Source: Octopus sinensis
Lineage: Eukaryota
Direction of reading: 5' to 3'
Length of the DNA stretch: 64,000 nucleotides
Assembly: GCF_006345805.1 (NCBI RefSeq)
Contig: NC_043020.1
Span: 7,130,001-7,194,000, forward strand
Shown: positions 39,517-54,327 of the stretch, piece by piece
Position numbering within the stretch: the first letter of the stretch is position 1
How the letters are laid out: each line of letters begins with the position of its first letter
Notes under the pieces: generated by a model
Databases searched by the model: none
What the model was told of the DNA's origin: nothing
What the model saw: the letters and a program-made list of their open reading frames with translations, nothing else
Translations under genes and position numbers: made by a program

Positions 39517-40221
39517 TCTTCGCCATATCAGCAGAGCAAAGCGCTAGCTGTATCACAAGGTAACAGGATCAAACCCAGCTGATTGCACGCCATCATCCTG
39601 TAGCACTAACAACTTCAGCTGTTTCTCGCACAGACAGACAAACTTAAGTGTTTTTTTCTGTCTTTCTGTCGTTTTGTTATTTTAATTTTCTTTTTTTTTC
39701 TTCTTTCAGTCTGTCGTTTTTGGTTGTTTTTTTAGATTGCTATGTTTGTGTTGTGTTGTTGTTGCTGTGTGGCGAAGGTGGCGCGGGTGGTGTAATTTGT
39801 AACTTGGCTCCTACAATAACAATAACAATAACAACGACAACAACAGCAACAACAACAGAAACACTAACAGCAGCAGAACAACAGGAATGAAGCAGAAAGT
39901 TCCAACCAGCACCAGCTAGAAACAATTGTACTTTCTACAGCTGTATATTTCGGCTGGCTGGGGTGATACCCGGGGTAGCTGGGTTTGTAGAGTGGGTAGG
40001 TTCAGGGTATGCCAGGTCAGGTCGTGTCAGATCAGATGAGAGCAGGGCTTGGGTGATGGAGGAACAGTGGAGAGAAGACGGGGGGGGAAGGAAGGAACAG
40101 GGTGGACTCATTTCTTTTTATTGCTTTTTTCTACTTATTTTTGTTCATTTCATTCTATGTTTCATATTTTGAATACATACATACATATATATATATATAG
40201 ATACACCACACACACACACAC

Positions 40222-40267
<46 letters not shown>

Positions 40268-40273
40268 TCACAC

Positions 40274-40319
<46 letters not shown>

Positions 40320-41087
40320 TCACACACACATACACACACATATATATATATACATAGGCACCCAAACACAAGGACACACGTATACAGATGAGTGCATAAT
40401 ATATATATATATATATATATAGACGGTACAAAGGAAATATAATGAAGAGATACGCAACCACATGCACACATTCATTAAAGAGACAGATTTGTATCATAAA
40501 CACAGAAATATGAGAAAGTGTGTATATGTGCATGTGTGTATATGAGCAAGAGTGTCTATGAGCAAGTGTGTATATGTGCATGTGTATATGTGCATGTGTG
40601 TATATGTGCATGTGTGTATATGAGCATTGTGTATATGAGCATGTGTGTATATGAGCAAGTGTGTATATGAGCAAGAGTGTCTATGAGCAAGTGTGTATAT
40701 GTGCATGTGTGTATATGTGCATGTGTGTAGAAAATGAAAGAGAGAGAGAGAGAGATACATTCATTCACACACATCTCATTCATCACATACACACACTTCA
40801 TTCTCTCAACACATTTCACATACATATACACAACACACACACACACACACACACACATCTCTTTCTTACCTCTCATGCAAACACATGTATACATGCCACA
40901 CACACACACCATTTGCTCATCACTTACATAACTCATTCCTCATCACATGCACACACACACACACACACACACATGCTCTCATCACACACATTCTTTCATG
41001 ACACACTCACACACACACACACGTGCAAACACACACACACACATACTGTCATTTTCTCATCACCTCCACTCCTCATCACACACACAT

Positions 41088-41125
<38 letters not shown>

Positions 41126-41549
41126 GTCACATATAAACAGACAGACACGTTCGCATCACATGCAGAGGAAAGAAGAAAAAAATTATACATTGCAAATAAT
41201 GAAAAATAACCAAAAAACAAAAAAAAATACAACAAATAAACCAAAACAAAAAGAACACATAAAAACAGAACAAAACCATGAAAGAAAAACAAAAAAGAAT
41301 ACAAACAAAAACTATGAAACAAAACAGTTTAGCAGCAAACTCAGGTAGAATAGGGGTGGAGGGGTAGGTGCCACTGTAGCGATTTAGCTTACCTGGCAGA
41401 GCAATCAGTGGGCAACAGGTAGGAAAAACGATAGCTAACGTCACCCTCTCAGGATAATTGCCTTAAAGTACACATAGCAGCTAAATCTCCCTCAAATCAC
41501 CTGATCAGTTGTCTTAAGAAAATAATAACAATAGTAATTCTCCTTTCTA

Positions 41550-42090
41550 CTACAGGCACAAGGCTTGAAATTTTGAGGGGAGGGGGACTAGTCAATTATT
41601 ACACTGACCCCCAGTACTCGACTGGTACTTAGTTTATTAACCAGTGAAGAGATGAAAGGCAAAGCCAGCCTCAGCGGAATTTGAACTCGGAATGTAAGGA
41701 TGAAATACCTATTTCTTTACTACCCACAAGGGGCTAAACACAGAGAGGACAAACAGAGATTAAATTGATTATATCGACCCCAGTGCGTAACTGGTACTTA
41801 ATTTATCGACCCCGAAAGGATGAGAGGCAAAGCCAACCTCAGCGGAATTTGAACTCAGAATGTAAGAATGAAATACCTATTTCTTTACTACCCATAAGGG
41901 GCTAACAGAGAGGACAAACAGGGATTAAGTCGATTATATCGACCCCGGTGCGTAACTGGTACTTAATTTATCGACTCCGAAAGGATGAAAGGCAAAGCCA
42001 ACCTCAGCGGAATTTGAACTCAGAATGTAAGGATGAAATACCGCTAAGTATTTCACCCGGTGTGCTAACAATTCCGCCAGCTCACCACCT
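41550..42090 (-). mobile_element. SINE family B tandem multimer
   Basis: Units starting at about 41709 and 41877 plus one head; similar arrays at 5930-6370 and 43467-43900 (+). Confidence 0.85.
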
Positions 42091-42804
42091 TAATAATGCT
42101 CAGACCCCCTTCGGTCATGACTGACCACGGGATTGCACCTAGAAAGTTACCCTCCCAGGCACAAGTCTGGGCAAGGATGTTTATGGAAGACCAGCAGTCA
42201 CCCATGCATACAAGCCGTCTCTCTCCACGCCACTAGTGTTATCCAAGGGAAAGGCAAAGGGGCCGATACAGCTTGGCACCTGTGACATCACAACTCATTT
42301 CTATAGCTGAGTGAACTGGAGCGACATGAAATAAAGTGTCTTGCTCAAGAACACAACACACAGCTCGGTTCGGGATTCGAACTCACAACCTCACGATCGT
42401 AAGCTCGACGCTCTAACCATTGAGCCATCTGTCTTCACTGGTACTGTCTTCACAGGGGTTTATCAACCCCTGAAAAGATGAAAGGCTCTAACCACTGAGC
42501 CATGCACTTTAATAATAATAATAATAATAAACCAGTCTACTATAAGCACAAGGCCTCAAACTTTGTGGGAGGGAAATAGTTGATATCATCAACCCCAGTA
42601 CTCAACTGGTACTTATTTCATCGACCCCGAAAAGAGGGAAGGCAAAGTCAACCTCAGTGGAATTTGAACTCAGAACATAAAGACGGACAAAATGCTGCTA
42701 AGCATTTTAACCGGCATGCTAATGGTTCTGCCAGATTACGGCCTTAATAATAATAATAATAAAAATAATAATAATAAAAATAATAATAATAATAATAAAA
42801 ATAA

Positions 42805-42845
<41 letters not shown>

Positions 42846-44754
42846 GCCCTAATGCAGTACCAGACAGTGGCTCTCATGGCTTCTGATCTTAAATAATCAG
42901 AAATATTAACATGTACATACTCTCTTTTACTCGTTTCAGTCATTTGACTGCGGCCATGCTGGAGCACCACCTTTAGTCGAGCATATCGACCCCGGGACTT
43001 ATTCTTTGTAAGCCCAGTACTTATTCTATCGATCTCTTTTTGCCGAACCGCTAAGTGACGGGGACTTAAACACACCAGCATCGGTTGTCAAGCGATGGTC
43101 AGGGGACAAACATATACACACACATACATATATATACATATACATATATATATATACATATATTCGACAGGTTCTTTCAGTTTCCGTCTACCAAATCCAC
43201 CCACAAGGCATTGGTCAGCCCGAGGCTATAGTAGAAGACACTTGCCCAAGATGCCACGAAGTGGGACTGAACCCGGAACCAAGTAGTTGGTATGCAAGCT
43301 ACTTACCACACAGCCACTCCTGCGCCTATATGTTTTGTTTTGGTGTAAAAAAATGAGCTACAGCAAATGTTCATCTAAACTTGGTATCCTCAGACTTTCT
43401 GGTCTGGTGCTAAATCAAAAGCTATTATGAAAGTCATGGAGCTGATAGAACTGTTCAAGGTGGCAAGCTGGCAGAAATGTTAGCATGCCAGGCGAAATGC
43501 TTAGCGGTATTTCGTCTGCCACTACGTTCTGAGTTCAAATTCCGCTGAGGTCGACTTTGCCTTTCATCCTTTCGGGGTCAATTAAATAAGTACCAGTTAT
43601 GCACTGGGGTCGATGTAATTGACTTAATCCGTTTGTCTGTCCTTGTTTGTCCTCTCTGTATTTAGCCCCTTGTGGGTAGTAAAGAAATAGGTATTTCATC
43701 TGCTGCTACGTTCCAAGTTCAAATTCTGCCAAGGTGGACTTTGCCATTCATCCTTTTGGGGTCAATTAAATAGGTACCAGTTATGCACAGGGGTTGATCT
43801 AATCGACTTAATCCCTTTGTCTGTCCTTGTTTGTCCCCTTATGTTTATTCCCCTGTGGGCAATAAAGAAATAAGAAACGTTAGCATGCCAAAAAAAAAGC
43901 TTAGCGGTATTTCGTCCATTTTTATATTCTAGGTTCAAATCCTGCCAAGGTCATTTTAGCCCTTAATCCTTTCAGGTTCACTGAAATAAGTACCTTTTGA
44001 GCACTGGGGTCAATGAAATTACAGGCCTTGTGTCTATAGTAGAAAGGATTATTATTATTATTATCATGGACAAATGGACAAAATCAAAAGCAAACTCGAT
44101 GAACATTAATGGAATTTGTAGCTTTGTGGTACCAGTGCCGGTGGCACATACGAAAACCATCCGAACGTGGCCGTAGCCAGTACCGCACGTAAAAAGCACC
44201 ATCCGATCGTAGCCATTTGCCAGCCTCGTCTGGCACCTGTGTCGGTGGCACATAAAATCACCCACTACACTCTCGGAGCGGTTGGCGTTAGGAAGGGCAT
44301 CCAGCTGTAGAAACACTGCCAGATCTGACTGGCCTGGTGCAGCCTTCGGGCTTCCCAGACCCCAGTTGAACCGTCCAACACATGCTAGCATGGAAAGCGG
44401 ACGTTAAACGATGATGATGATGATCATCATCATCATCATTACTAGTCATTATGCTGACGGGTAACGACCTAATCAAGATGAAATAGATCCTTCAGCTGAA
44501 GCCTACGACAATAACATTGAAAAGCTCAACAACAACCTGTCATTATGATGAAAGTCTCTTTTTAAACACTGTGTTGCATTGTCAGTATGTTGAAAAACAC
44601 ACATACAGGGAAATATACACAAACAACAACAAAAATTGGTGTGTGTGTATATATATATATATATAGTTAATCCAAACATGAACAAAAACAAAACACAACA
44701 ACATGAGAACATGGAACAAATATAGTATTATTGGACGCTCAGGAAAGAAGGAGG

Positions 44755-44789
44755 GTTTAACGTTTCGAGTGGAGCTCTTCGTCGGAAAC
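44755..44789 (-). ncRNA. Second copy of the same hammerhead-bearing repeat (about 44660-44855), U4C core variant
   Basis: GUUU-CCGACGA-A GAG CUCCA CUC-GAAACGUU-AAAC. Confidence 0.5.
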
Positions 44790-46189
44790 ATAGGAGAAGG
44801 AAAGATCCAGAGAAGGGAAGACAGAGGAAAAAAAATCGCCAACAGTACACACACACCTATTTGGCACTAAATTTCGAAACCGGTACCAGGTTGACCAGCA
44901 TTTACTTGTTCTGACCCATTTGAAGTAAGACATTATTATTGTTCACTGATATTTTTTCCTATCTTGTCTGAAATAGATTTGTGACTATTCGGTGGTACAG
45001 AAGAATGTTTTGAATTCTATTTTTTAATGATATAGGTACTAATGTAGTACCCTTGTGTATATATGTACATATTTAATATTGTATGTATTTTATTAATTTG
45101 CCTGTACAGCTGATAATTTTGCTTACCACTTGTGATGGTATTTTAATAATACCATCCCTATATTTATATATATATATATATCTTATATATATACACACAC
45201 ACACAGTTATTTTTTTTAAGTCTGTGTTGTATTTGTTTTGTTAGACTTGCACTTAAATTTCCCATGTTTTTAATCAAAACATTCTAGTTATTATGGTGAC
45301 AACACTACCTATCTATCTATCTATCTTTCACTCTCTGTCTCTCTCAACATTTTCTCCTCTCTTATCTAAATATACGTTGTGACATGGGTTGTCTACCTTT
45401 TTCATTCCTCCGCTTTTCCCTGCTTTCTACATAGATGTTGTGACGAACAGACAGATAGAGATCAGCTCCTCTTTTATTATATATGATTTTTATCATTATT
45501 AGTATATTACTATACAGCGATATTGTTATATCATCATATATAAATAAGCCTTCAACATTTTGCCATGAAAGGGCTTTTTAAACCATACATCCTACACGTT
45601 ATTATGTATAGCTTTATCTACTTCGAGTTCCTCATAAAAAAAGTTATTTACTCCAATTCTCTTGAAGAATCTAAATTTTTATAATAATGATGGTGATCCA
45701 AAACATCATACATTATTTTAATATATTCTATGAGCATTCAGTCCCCTCTGCAGGGTGGTTGGTGTTAGGAAGGGAATCCAGCTGTAAAAACAGATACAGA
45801 AGCTTGGTGCAGTCAACTGCCAGGCTGGCTCCTGTCCAACCCATGCCAGCATGGAAGTGTCTTCTGCTATAGCCTCGGGCCGACCAATGCCTTGTGAGTG
45901 GATTTGGTAGACGGAAACTGAAAGAAGCCTGTCGTATATATGTGTATATATATGTGTGTGTATATATGTTTGTGTGTCTGTGTTTCTCCCCCTAGCATTG
46001 CTTGACAACCAATGCTGGTGTGTTTATGTCCCCGTCACTTAGCGGTTCGGCAATAGAGACCGATAGAATAAGTACTGGGCTTACAAAGAATAAGTCCCGG
46101 GGTCGATTTACTCAACTAAAGACGGTGCTCCAGCATGGCCACAGTCAAATGACTGAAACAAGTAAAAGTAAAGTAAGTAAAGTAGACAA

Positions 46190-46830
46190 AACTTCCCTCT
46201 CTACTCTCACCTTCCTCTTCAAGTGATACTTGAAGAAGTTGATGAGAGATTGACCAGAGAGGAAAGTGTTTGTCTCTAGACCTTTCAGATGCATTCACCA
46301 TACACATTCTTTCGCCATAGCCACAAGTACGATGAAAATGGCCCTTCCATCCTGTTTCAAGGAAGGAAGTGTGACAATATTAATAATAGATTCGGTTGAT
46401 AAACCGACTTGTCCCACACGTGACAGCAGTCGTTCGACATGGGCCCACAGGTTGGAAATGGTTGGACACTGTACGAGTGCATGCAGAATGGTTTTGTCTC
46501 TCTGACTGCATCTCAAGCAGGTCGGCCCCGTGTTCCTCGAGTCATGCCTGTAGAGAATATCGCGAATGGGTAGCGCTTCTCAACAGCACTGCTAGGCCAG
46601 GGATTTCTGGAAGTTATCCATAGGTCCCAGCCTGAAAGTCGTCTTGAACAGGCGGGTTGGGTATTCCTTGTCAACACCCAGGTTCAGCCCTAGATCATCA
46701 TACCTCCCCTTCACTAATCCCCTATAGAATGCTTTGGTTGTGTTGAAGTCGCTCAAGGTCGACCCGGGACAGCATAGTTACTCAAGAGCAACGGGACACT
46801 CACAGTGCCATTTGCCCTTCCTTGGCCTCT
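46190..46830 (-). mobile_element. L1/Tx1-clade LINE ORF2 C-terminal remnant
   Basis: CLRCSQRDKTILHALVQCP CCHC-type motif followed by W..VE and FKYHLKRK; in-frame stops present. Confidence 0.75.
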
Positions 46831-47329
46831 TTTTGATCCACATTGATAGACACATAGATAGATGGTTTGGATGGATGGATAGATAGATAGATAGACAACA
46901 GACAGGCTTCTTTCAGTTTCCATCAACCAAATCCATTCATAAAGGTTTAGTTGGCCTGAAGCTATAGAAGAAACTTTGCCAAGGTGCCACACAGTGGAAC
47001 TGAACCCAGAACCAGGTGGTTGGGAAGTAAACTTCTTACCTCACAGTCATGCATGCACTTATGTGTGTGTGTTTTTGTGTGTGCATGTGTTGATTTATGT
47101 CAAACCAAGCAGTGAGTAGTGCTCAATACATGTAGAGGAAATGATTTTATCAAAACTGAAAGTTTATGTTGTGGACGTGAAGGTAGAATCGCAAGACAGA
47201 CTTTCACTTTCAGTAAGACTAGGGGGGGGATGTGGGGGGGGGGGTGCGCATATATATCAAGAGAAATCTGCTGCTTCGTGTATGTGTGAGTGTTAGAACA
47301 ATACATCCAACTACATAGTGGGGGGGAAG

Positions 47330-47590
47330 AAAGGAAGGAAGGAAAGAAAGAAGGAAGGAAAGAAAGAAAGAAAAAAAGAAAGAAGGAAAGAAAGCAAGAA
47401 AGAAAGGAAGGAAAGAAAGAGGAAAGAAAGAAAGAAAGAAAGAAAAAGAAAGAAAGGATGAAAGAGAGAAAGAAAGGAAGGAAGAGAAAAAAAGAAAGAA
47501 AGAAAGAAAGAAAGAAAAAAAAGAAAGAAAGGAAAGAAAGAAGGAAAGAAAGAAACGAAGAAAGAGAGAAAGAAAGAAAGAAAGAAAGAA
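47330..47590. repeat. (GAAA)n microsatellite
   Basis: Seen directly. Confidence 0.95.
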
Positions 47591-47682
47591 TGTCTGATGA
47601 AGGAATGGTTTTGTTGGTGAGAAATCTAGGTTGGCTGATGTCCAGAGATTAGAATACCATCGAATGAGACGACAACATAAGA

Positions 47683-47718
<36 letters not shown>

Positions 47719-48378
47719 AGGCCTAGTACTGAAGAATATAAATGTAATTCTATCAGTTAGCAATTGCCTCAGACAAACAGACAGACACAGCTGTATGGCG
47801 AGTTGAGTGAAGACTATTGTAGATAGAGAGAGAGAGAGACAGACAGACAGACACCAAGAGAGAGAGGGAGAGAGATGTAGATATATAGATGGATTGAGGA
47901 AGAGAGAGAGATTGTTAATAAGTAGGTAGGTAGGTTAGTTGGGAGGTTGGTTTAGAAATAGACAACCCGGGTGGGTGGATGGATAGAAGAGATAAATGGG
48001 TGGAAGGATAGATAAAGAGAGAAGATAGATGGATGGATGGATGAATGGGGGAGTGGAAGTGTTTGGGTGGGACTGGGGGGGATAGATTAGTGGGTGGACA
48101 GACAGATAGATAGATGGACATGCAGACAGATGCATGCATACATACGTACATACATACATACATACATACATAGACGGATGGATGGATGAATATAGACAGA
48201 CAAGCAAATAGATATGAAGACAGATAACTTTCAGTCAGAACTGCCCATGTAGACAGATACATAGATAGATAGATAGATTGATAGATGCATGCATGCATGC
48301 ACATACACACACAGAAAGATGAATGGATGGCTATAGACAGACAAACAGATAGATAGATATAAAGATAGATAGATAGAT

Positions 48379-48421
<43 letters not shown>

Positions 48422-48446
48422 CAGACAGATAGATAGATATAAAGAC

Positions 48447-48511
<65 letters not shown>

Positions 48512-48568
48512 TAAAGATAGATAGATAGACAGACAGATAGATAGATATAAAGACAGATAGATAGATAG

Positions 48569-48612
<44 letters not shown>

Positions 48613-48615
48613 GAT

Positions 48616-48649
<34 letters not shown>

Positions 48650-48750
48650 CAGATAGATAGGTAGATAGATAGAGAGATAGATAGAGAGATAGACAGATAG
48701 ATAGATAGAGGTAGATAGATAGATAGATAGATAGATAGAGAGATAGATAG

Positions 48751-48787
<37 letters not shown>

Positions 48788-48844
48788 TAAAGATAGATAG
48801 ATAGACAGACAGATAGATAGATATAAAGACAGATAGATAGATAG

Positions 48845-48907
<63 letters not shown>

Positions 48908-48948
48908 CAGATAGAATGATAGGCAGACAGACAGACAGACAGACAGAC

Positions 48949-48999
<51 letters not shown>

Positions 49000-49618
49000 G
49001 ATAGATAGATAGATAGATAGATAGACAGATAGATAGACAGATAGACAGACAGACAGACAAATATAAAGACAGACAGAAATACAATTGGGTGAAGGAGATA
49101 CACTATGAACCATGGGTCAGCAACTTCATTTAGTAATGACTTTCTTTTGATACTTGATTTTTTTTTCTTGTTTTTTTCTTTCACTTCCAAAAGCATGTCT
49201 GAAGCTATTTTGTCCTATCAAAGCTGAGTGGATTTCGTAGATGGAAACTGAAAGAAGCCCATCATATACGTGTGCCCACAAGATTCTGGGTTCAGTCCCA
49301 CTGCATGGCACCTTGGGCAAATGTCTTGTTTTATCACTTTGGGCAGACCAAAGCCTTCTGAGTGGATTTGGTAGACGGAAACTGAAAGAAGCCCATCATA
49401 TATATGCGTGTATGTGTCTGTATTTGTCCCCCCACCACCATTACTTGACAACCAATGTTGGTGTGTTTACGTCCCCGTAACTTAGCAGTTTGGCAAAAAA
49501 GACCGATAGAATAAGTACAAGGCTTACAAAGAATAAGTCCTGAAGTCGATTTGTTCAACTAAAGGCAGTGCTCCAGCATGGCCACAGTCAAATGACTGAA
49601 ACAGATAAAAGAATAAAG

Positions 49619-49653
<35 letters not shown>

Positions 49654-51730
49654 AAACTATTAAGCTACAGGGATGTAACCAAACCAACACCAGTTGTCAT
49701 GTGGTTGTGGGAAGAGGAGAAACACACACACAGACATATGTTTAGAAAGTTTTATGTTGATTGCATTTGGGAATTGCATTAAGGGTTCATGGGTCTGTGG
49801 AATACTCAGCTACTTATACACCAATTTGATGAGCCTCGTTGATTTGTTGATTGAACAACAATCATAGTGGGAAATTCTGACCAAAATAGTCACAATCGTG
49901 GCTGTGTGGAAAGAAGCTTGCTTCCCAACCACATGGTTCTGGGTTCAGCCCCACTGTCTGGCACCTTGGGCAAATGTCTTGGGCCGACCAAAGCCTTGTG
50001 AGTAGATTTAGTAGACAGAAACCAAAAGCCCATCGTGAGTGTGTGTGAGTGTTTGTCCCCGACCACTGCTTGACAACTGGTGTTGGTGTGTTTCTGTCCC
50101 TGTAACTTAACAGTTCGGTAAAAGAGACTGATAGAATAAGTACTAGGCTTTTAAAAAAATTACTGGGTTTGATTTGACCCATTAAAATTCTTTGAAGCGG
50201 TGCCCCAGCATGGCCAGTCAAATGACAGAGACAAGTATAAGATAATTAAAGAATTTCTTTTTTTTTATTTTATAAATTTATTAACTGGGTAGGTCGCACT
50301 AGCTGGTATGTCACACCCTTAATTTGGAATTGTCAAAATGGGTTTTGAGACTGATTCACATGTAGGGTGCACTACAATCTGGGGAGTTGCATGGCCCTTT
50401 TTTAACGTAAGTATAACTGATATTTGTTAAATATTATGAAATATTCATCTTTATTTTTTTTAATCTTTTATTTGTTTCAGTCATTTGACTGCAGCCATAC
50501 TGGAGCACCGCCTTTAGTCAAACAAATCGACCCTACGACTTATTCTTTGGATGCCTAGTACTTATTTTATCAATCTCTATTGCCGAACCACTAAGTTACA
50601 GGGATATAAACATATCAACATCGGCTGTCACGCGATGATGGGGGAACACAGACACACACACACACATATATATATATACATATATATGACATATATAAGG
50701 CGGCAAGCCGGCCGAAATGCGTAGCCGTATTTCGTCTGCCGTTACATTCTGAGTTCAAATTCCGCCGAGGTTGACTTTGCCTTTCATCCTTCCGGGGTTG
50801 ATAAATTAAATACCAGTTACACACTGCGGTCAATATAATCGACTTAATCCGTTTGTCTGTCCTTGTTTGACCTCTCTGTGTTTAGCCCCTTGTGTGTAGT
50901 AAAGAAATATATATATATACAACGGGCTTCTTTCAGTTTCCACTTACAAGGCTTTGGTCGACCCGAGGCTATAGCAGAAGACACTTGCCCAAGGTGCCAC
51001 GCAGTGGGACTGAACCCAGAACCATGTGGTTGGTAAGCAAGCTACTTACCACACAGCCACACTGGCACCTATCCCAAACCGTTTTTTTACAAATATTAAA
51101 ACATTTTCGCGGAAGTGACATTATGAAAGTAGTTTAATTGATAAATCAACTCGACAAAAACAAAAAATCGATATTTACGAACTCGACGAGATAAACGTCT
51201 AGAATTACGAACAGAACAGAAGAAAAATGCCACATAAGACTATTGATTCGCCATCGTCTACCTCAGATCCCTGGGATGTCAAAATGATAGGTCGTACTCC
51301 TGATTTTTATCGAAATTTTTCGTAAAAAACAAAAGTGTGACCTATCCTTGTGTATATGTTTCTTTACTACCCACAAGGGGCTAAACATAGAGGGGACAAA
51401 CAAGGACAGACAAACGAATTAAGTCGATTACATCGACCCCAGTGCGTAACTGGTACTTAATTTATCGACCCCGAAAGACGAAAGGCAAAGTCGACCTCGG
51501 CGACGGTACACCGATGTCACAGCCGACATCATTTAAAAATAGATGTGAAGATATGCAATGTTGTTATTTACACTGAACAACTGTGAGATTTGAATAAAAC
51601 AGCATTCCATTCTGTCCCCACCAGCATCCTACCCAAGGCACGAACTCTAAACCTGGTCTATTGAAAGGGGGGCAAACGGAACGGAAACCATGCAAAGGGA
51701 GACAAATTCTCTTTTAGTAATAAAATTTAC

Positions 51731-51862
51731 CTCCCTTGGAATATCTTTTCTTTCCATTAAATCTTTAAATCTGAGACGGGCTGTTTGACTTCCAGAGTCC
51801 CAGATTATCGATAATCTAATAACAGTCAGACCTACGATCAAAGTTGTTCCAAATTTAACCAT
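51731..51862 (-). CDS. Weak candidate alternative exon (44 codons, MVKFGTTL...MERKDIPRE)
   Basis: Unique sequence, ATG-started ORF reaching a phase-0 donor GAG|GTAAAT; no homology recognised. Confidence 0.2.
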
Positions 51863-52979
51863 CCTGTCTCTTTAGAGGGTTCTAGGATAACAGGAGCTTT
51901 TTTTTTTTTTGTTTTTACTCTGCATTTCGAAAAATGTAACAAAATAGTCATAACTACAGTTTGGTGCCACAAGTCTGAGGTTGTTTCGTCAAAATATTCC
52001 TAAAAATACATTAAAAATTCGTGTTTTTAAATAAAATTTCACCGACTTACTAGCTTTCGAAAATGTAGTTTACGATTATGAAGGAAAAAGAAAACAATTT
52101 GGTAGAGTTCCTGATCACTACCATTCTGCCAAGAATACCTTAGCAAAATTCCATGCAAAAACGAAGATGAGAGAGAGAAAGAAGCAGGATTCGAAATTCC
52201 GATGAAAAAATTTACCAATTTTATCAACACAACCATCATCTACACCCTCAAAAATGTATTTCTGCAAAAATTTCTTCAAAAGATATGAGAAAACAAAAAC
52301 AGTAAGGAAGAAGAACTAAACAACAATTACTCTTTACTCTTTTACTTGTTTCAGTCATTTGACTGCTGCCATGCTGGAGCACCGCCTTTAGTCGAGCAAA
52401 TCGACCCCGGGACTTATTCTTTGTAAGCCCAGTACTTATTCTATCGGTCTCTTTTGCTGAACCGCTAAGTGACGGGGACGTAAACACACCAGCATCGGTT
52501 GTCAAGCAATGCTAGGGGGATAAACACAGACGCACAAACCAACACACACATATATATATACATATATATGACAGGCTTCTTTCAGTTTCCGTCTACCAAA
52601 CCCACTCACAAGGCATTGGTCAGCCCGGGGCTATAGCAGAAGACACTTGCCCAAGATGCCACGCAGTGGGATTGAACCCAGAACCATGTGGTTGGTTAGC
52701 AAGCTACTTACCACACAGCCACTCCTGCGCCTATACTAGAAAATTCTTTTTTTTTTTTTTGACACTGTGCGGCAGATTTAACGCTTTTTTGTATTTAAAT
52801 CATGTTGTTAATGATGAAAGAATACTTTAATAAATTTCCTAAAACTTCTTTTTTTCTCATTAGTTTATTATTCATTTCTTTAAGTAATGCAATAAATTTG
52901 TGTTCAATAAAAAATTAATAAACATTTATAAACTATAAAAGTTATTAAATGTAAAAAGGACGTTACTTCTGCCGCACCA

Positions 52980-53600
52980 TGGATGGATGGATAGATGGAT
53001 GGGTGTGTGTGTGTATGTATGTACGTATGTATGTGTGTATGCATGTATGTATGTATGTGTATGTATGTGTGTATGTATGTGTGTGTGTATGTATGTATGT
53101 GTGTATGTATGTATGTGTGTGTATGTATGTGTGTATGTATGTGTGTGTATGTATGTGTGTGTGTGTATGTATGTATGTGTGTATGTATGTATGTGTGTGT
53201 ATGTATGTGTGTATGTATGTGTGTGTATGTATGTGTGTGTATGTATGTATGTGTGTGTATGTATGTGTGTATGTATGTATGTGTGTACGTGTGTATGTAT
53301 GTATGTCTGTATGTGTGTGTATGTATGTATGTGTGTGTATGTATGCATGTGTGTATGTATGTATGTATGTGTATGTACGTATGTATGTGTGTATGTATGT
53401 GTGTGTGTGTATGTATGTATGTGTGTATGTACGTATGTATGTATGTGTGTGTGTATGTATGTATGTATCTATGTATGTACGTATGTATGTGTGTATGTAT
53501 GTGTGTGTGTGTGTATGTATGTATGTATATATGTACATATGTATGTATGTATGTATGTATGTAGATACGTATGTAGATACTTATGTATAGATAGATAGAC
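52980..53600. repeat. (TATG/TG)n microsatellite
   Basis: Seen directly; related TA/CA tracts at 12375-12830, 57655-58380 and 63310-64000. Confidence 0.95.
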
Positions 53601-53838
53601 AGACAGACAGATATTACTTGTTTCAGTGAATGATCTGCGACCATGCTGGGGCATTGCTCAGAAAGTTTTTGTTAGACAAACTAACCCCAGTGTGTCCTAT
53701 CTTAAAGCCTGGTACTTGTTCTAGTGGTCCCTTTTATGACACACCTGTCGCTTACAGGACATAAGCAAACCAACATCGGTTATCAAGTGGTGGAGGGTGA
53801 ACACAACAACACACACACATGCATATATATATGTTTGT

Positions 53839-53959
53839 AGAAGGTTGGTTATTATGGCCAATCATAGAGCTACCATTGGTTTCACACCTATAAAGCAATT
53901 AGTTGTATAGGTGTGAAACCAGTGGCCATTCTCTAACCAGCCATAACAACCAACCTTCT
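53839..53959. repeat. Imperfect foldback
   Basis: AGAAGGTTGGTTATTATGGC / GCCATAACAACCAACCTTCT outer arms and CCATTGGTTTCACACCTATA / TATAGGTGTGAAACCAGTGG inner arms. Confidence 0.75.
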
Positions 53960-54173
53960 GTAAATATTACTACTCTAATGCTTAGAGTGTGTTCCTTTTG
54001 CAGATTTATGAACTACTGACTATATATATATGTGTGTGTGTGTGTGTGGTGTGTGTATATATATATATATATAATATTAATTAGAGACAAAACCACTATT
54101 ATGCAAATCAAACAAAGAAAGACTTAATCCAATACATAAAAAATTTTATATAAATTAAATATAATTAAGATAT

Positions 54174-54219
54174 CCACTACGATCGTTTCTTGTCACTTCT
54201 ATGGACATTCATCAGGTGG
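54174..54219 (-). ncRNA. Minimal type I hammerhead ribozyme (left arm of palindrome, identical copy)
   Basis: Exact reverse complement of 54282-54327. Confidence 0.8.
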
Positions 54220-54281
54220 TTTCAAGACCTTCTATGCAATTTTAAACTTCATAGTTTAAAATTGCATAGAAGGTCTTGAAA

Positions 54282-54327
54282 CCACCTGATGAATGTCCAT
54301 AGAAGTGACAAGAAACGATCGTAGTGG
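54282..54327 (+). ncRNA. Minimal type I hammerhead ribozyme (right arm of palindrome)
   Basis: CCAC-CUGAUGA-A UGUC CAUAGAAGU GACA A-GAAAC GAUC GUA-GUGG; stem III is the palindrome ACGAUCGU; GUA cleavage after 54323. Confidence 0.8.

Noticed and set aside
44876-44890. GAAAC CG GTA CCAGG half-hammerhead
   Set aside because: Only the 3' half is present, next to another insertion; too short to support.
47594-47640. CTGATGA...GAAA match (also 16181, 35934, 59132 and 62198)
   Set aside because: Stem I or II, or the GAAA, cannot be formed; not hammerheads as they stand.
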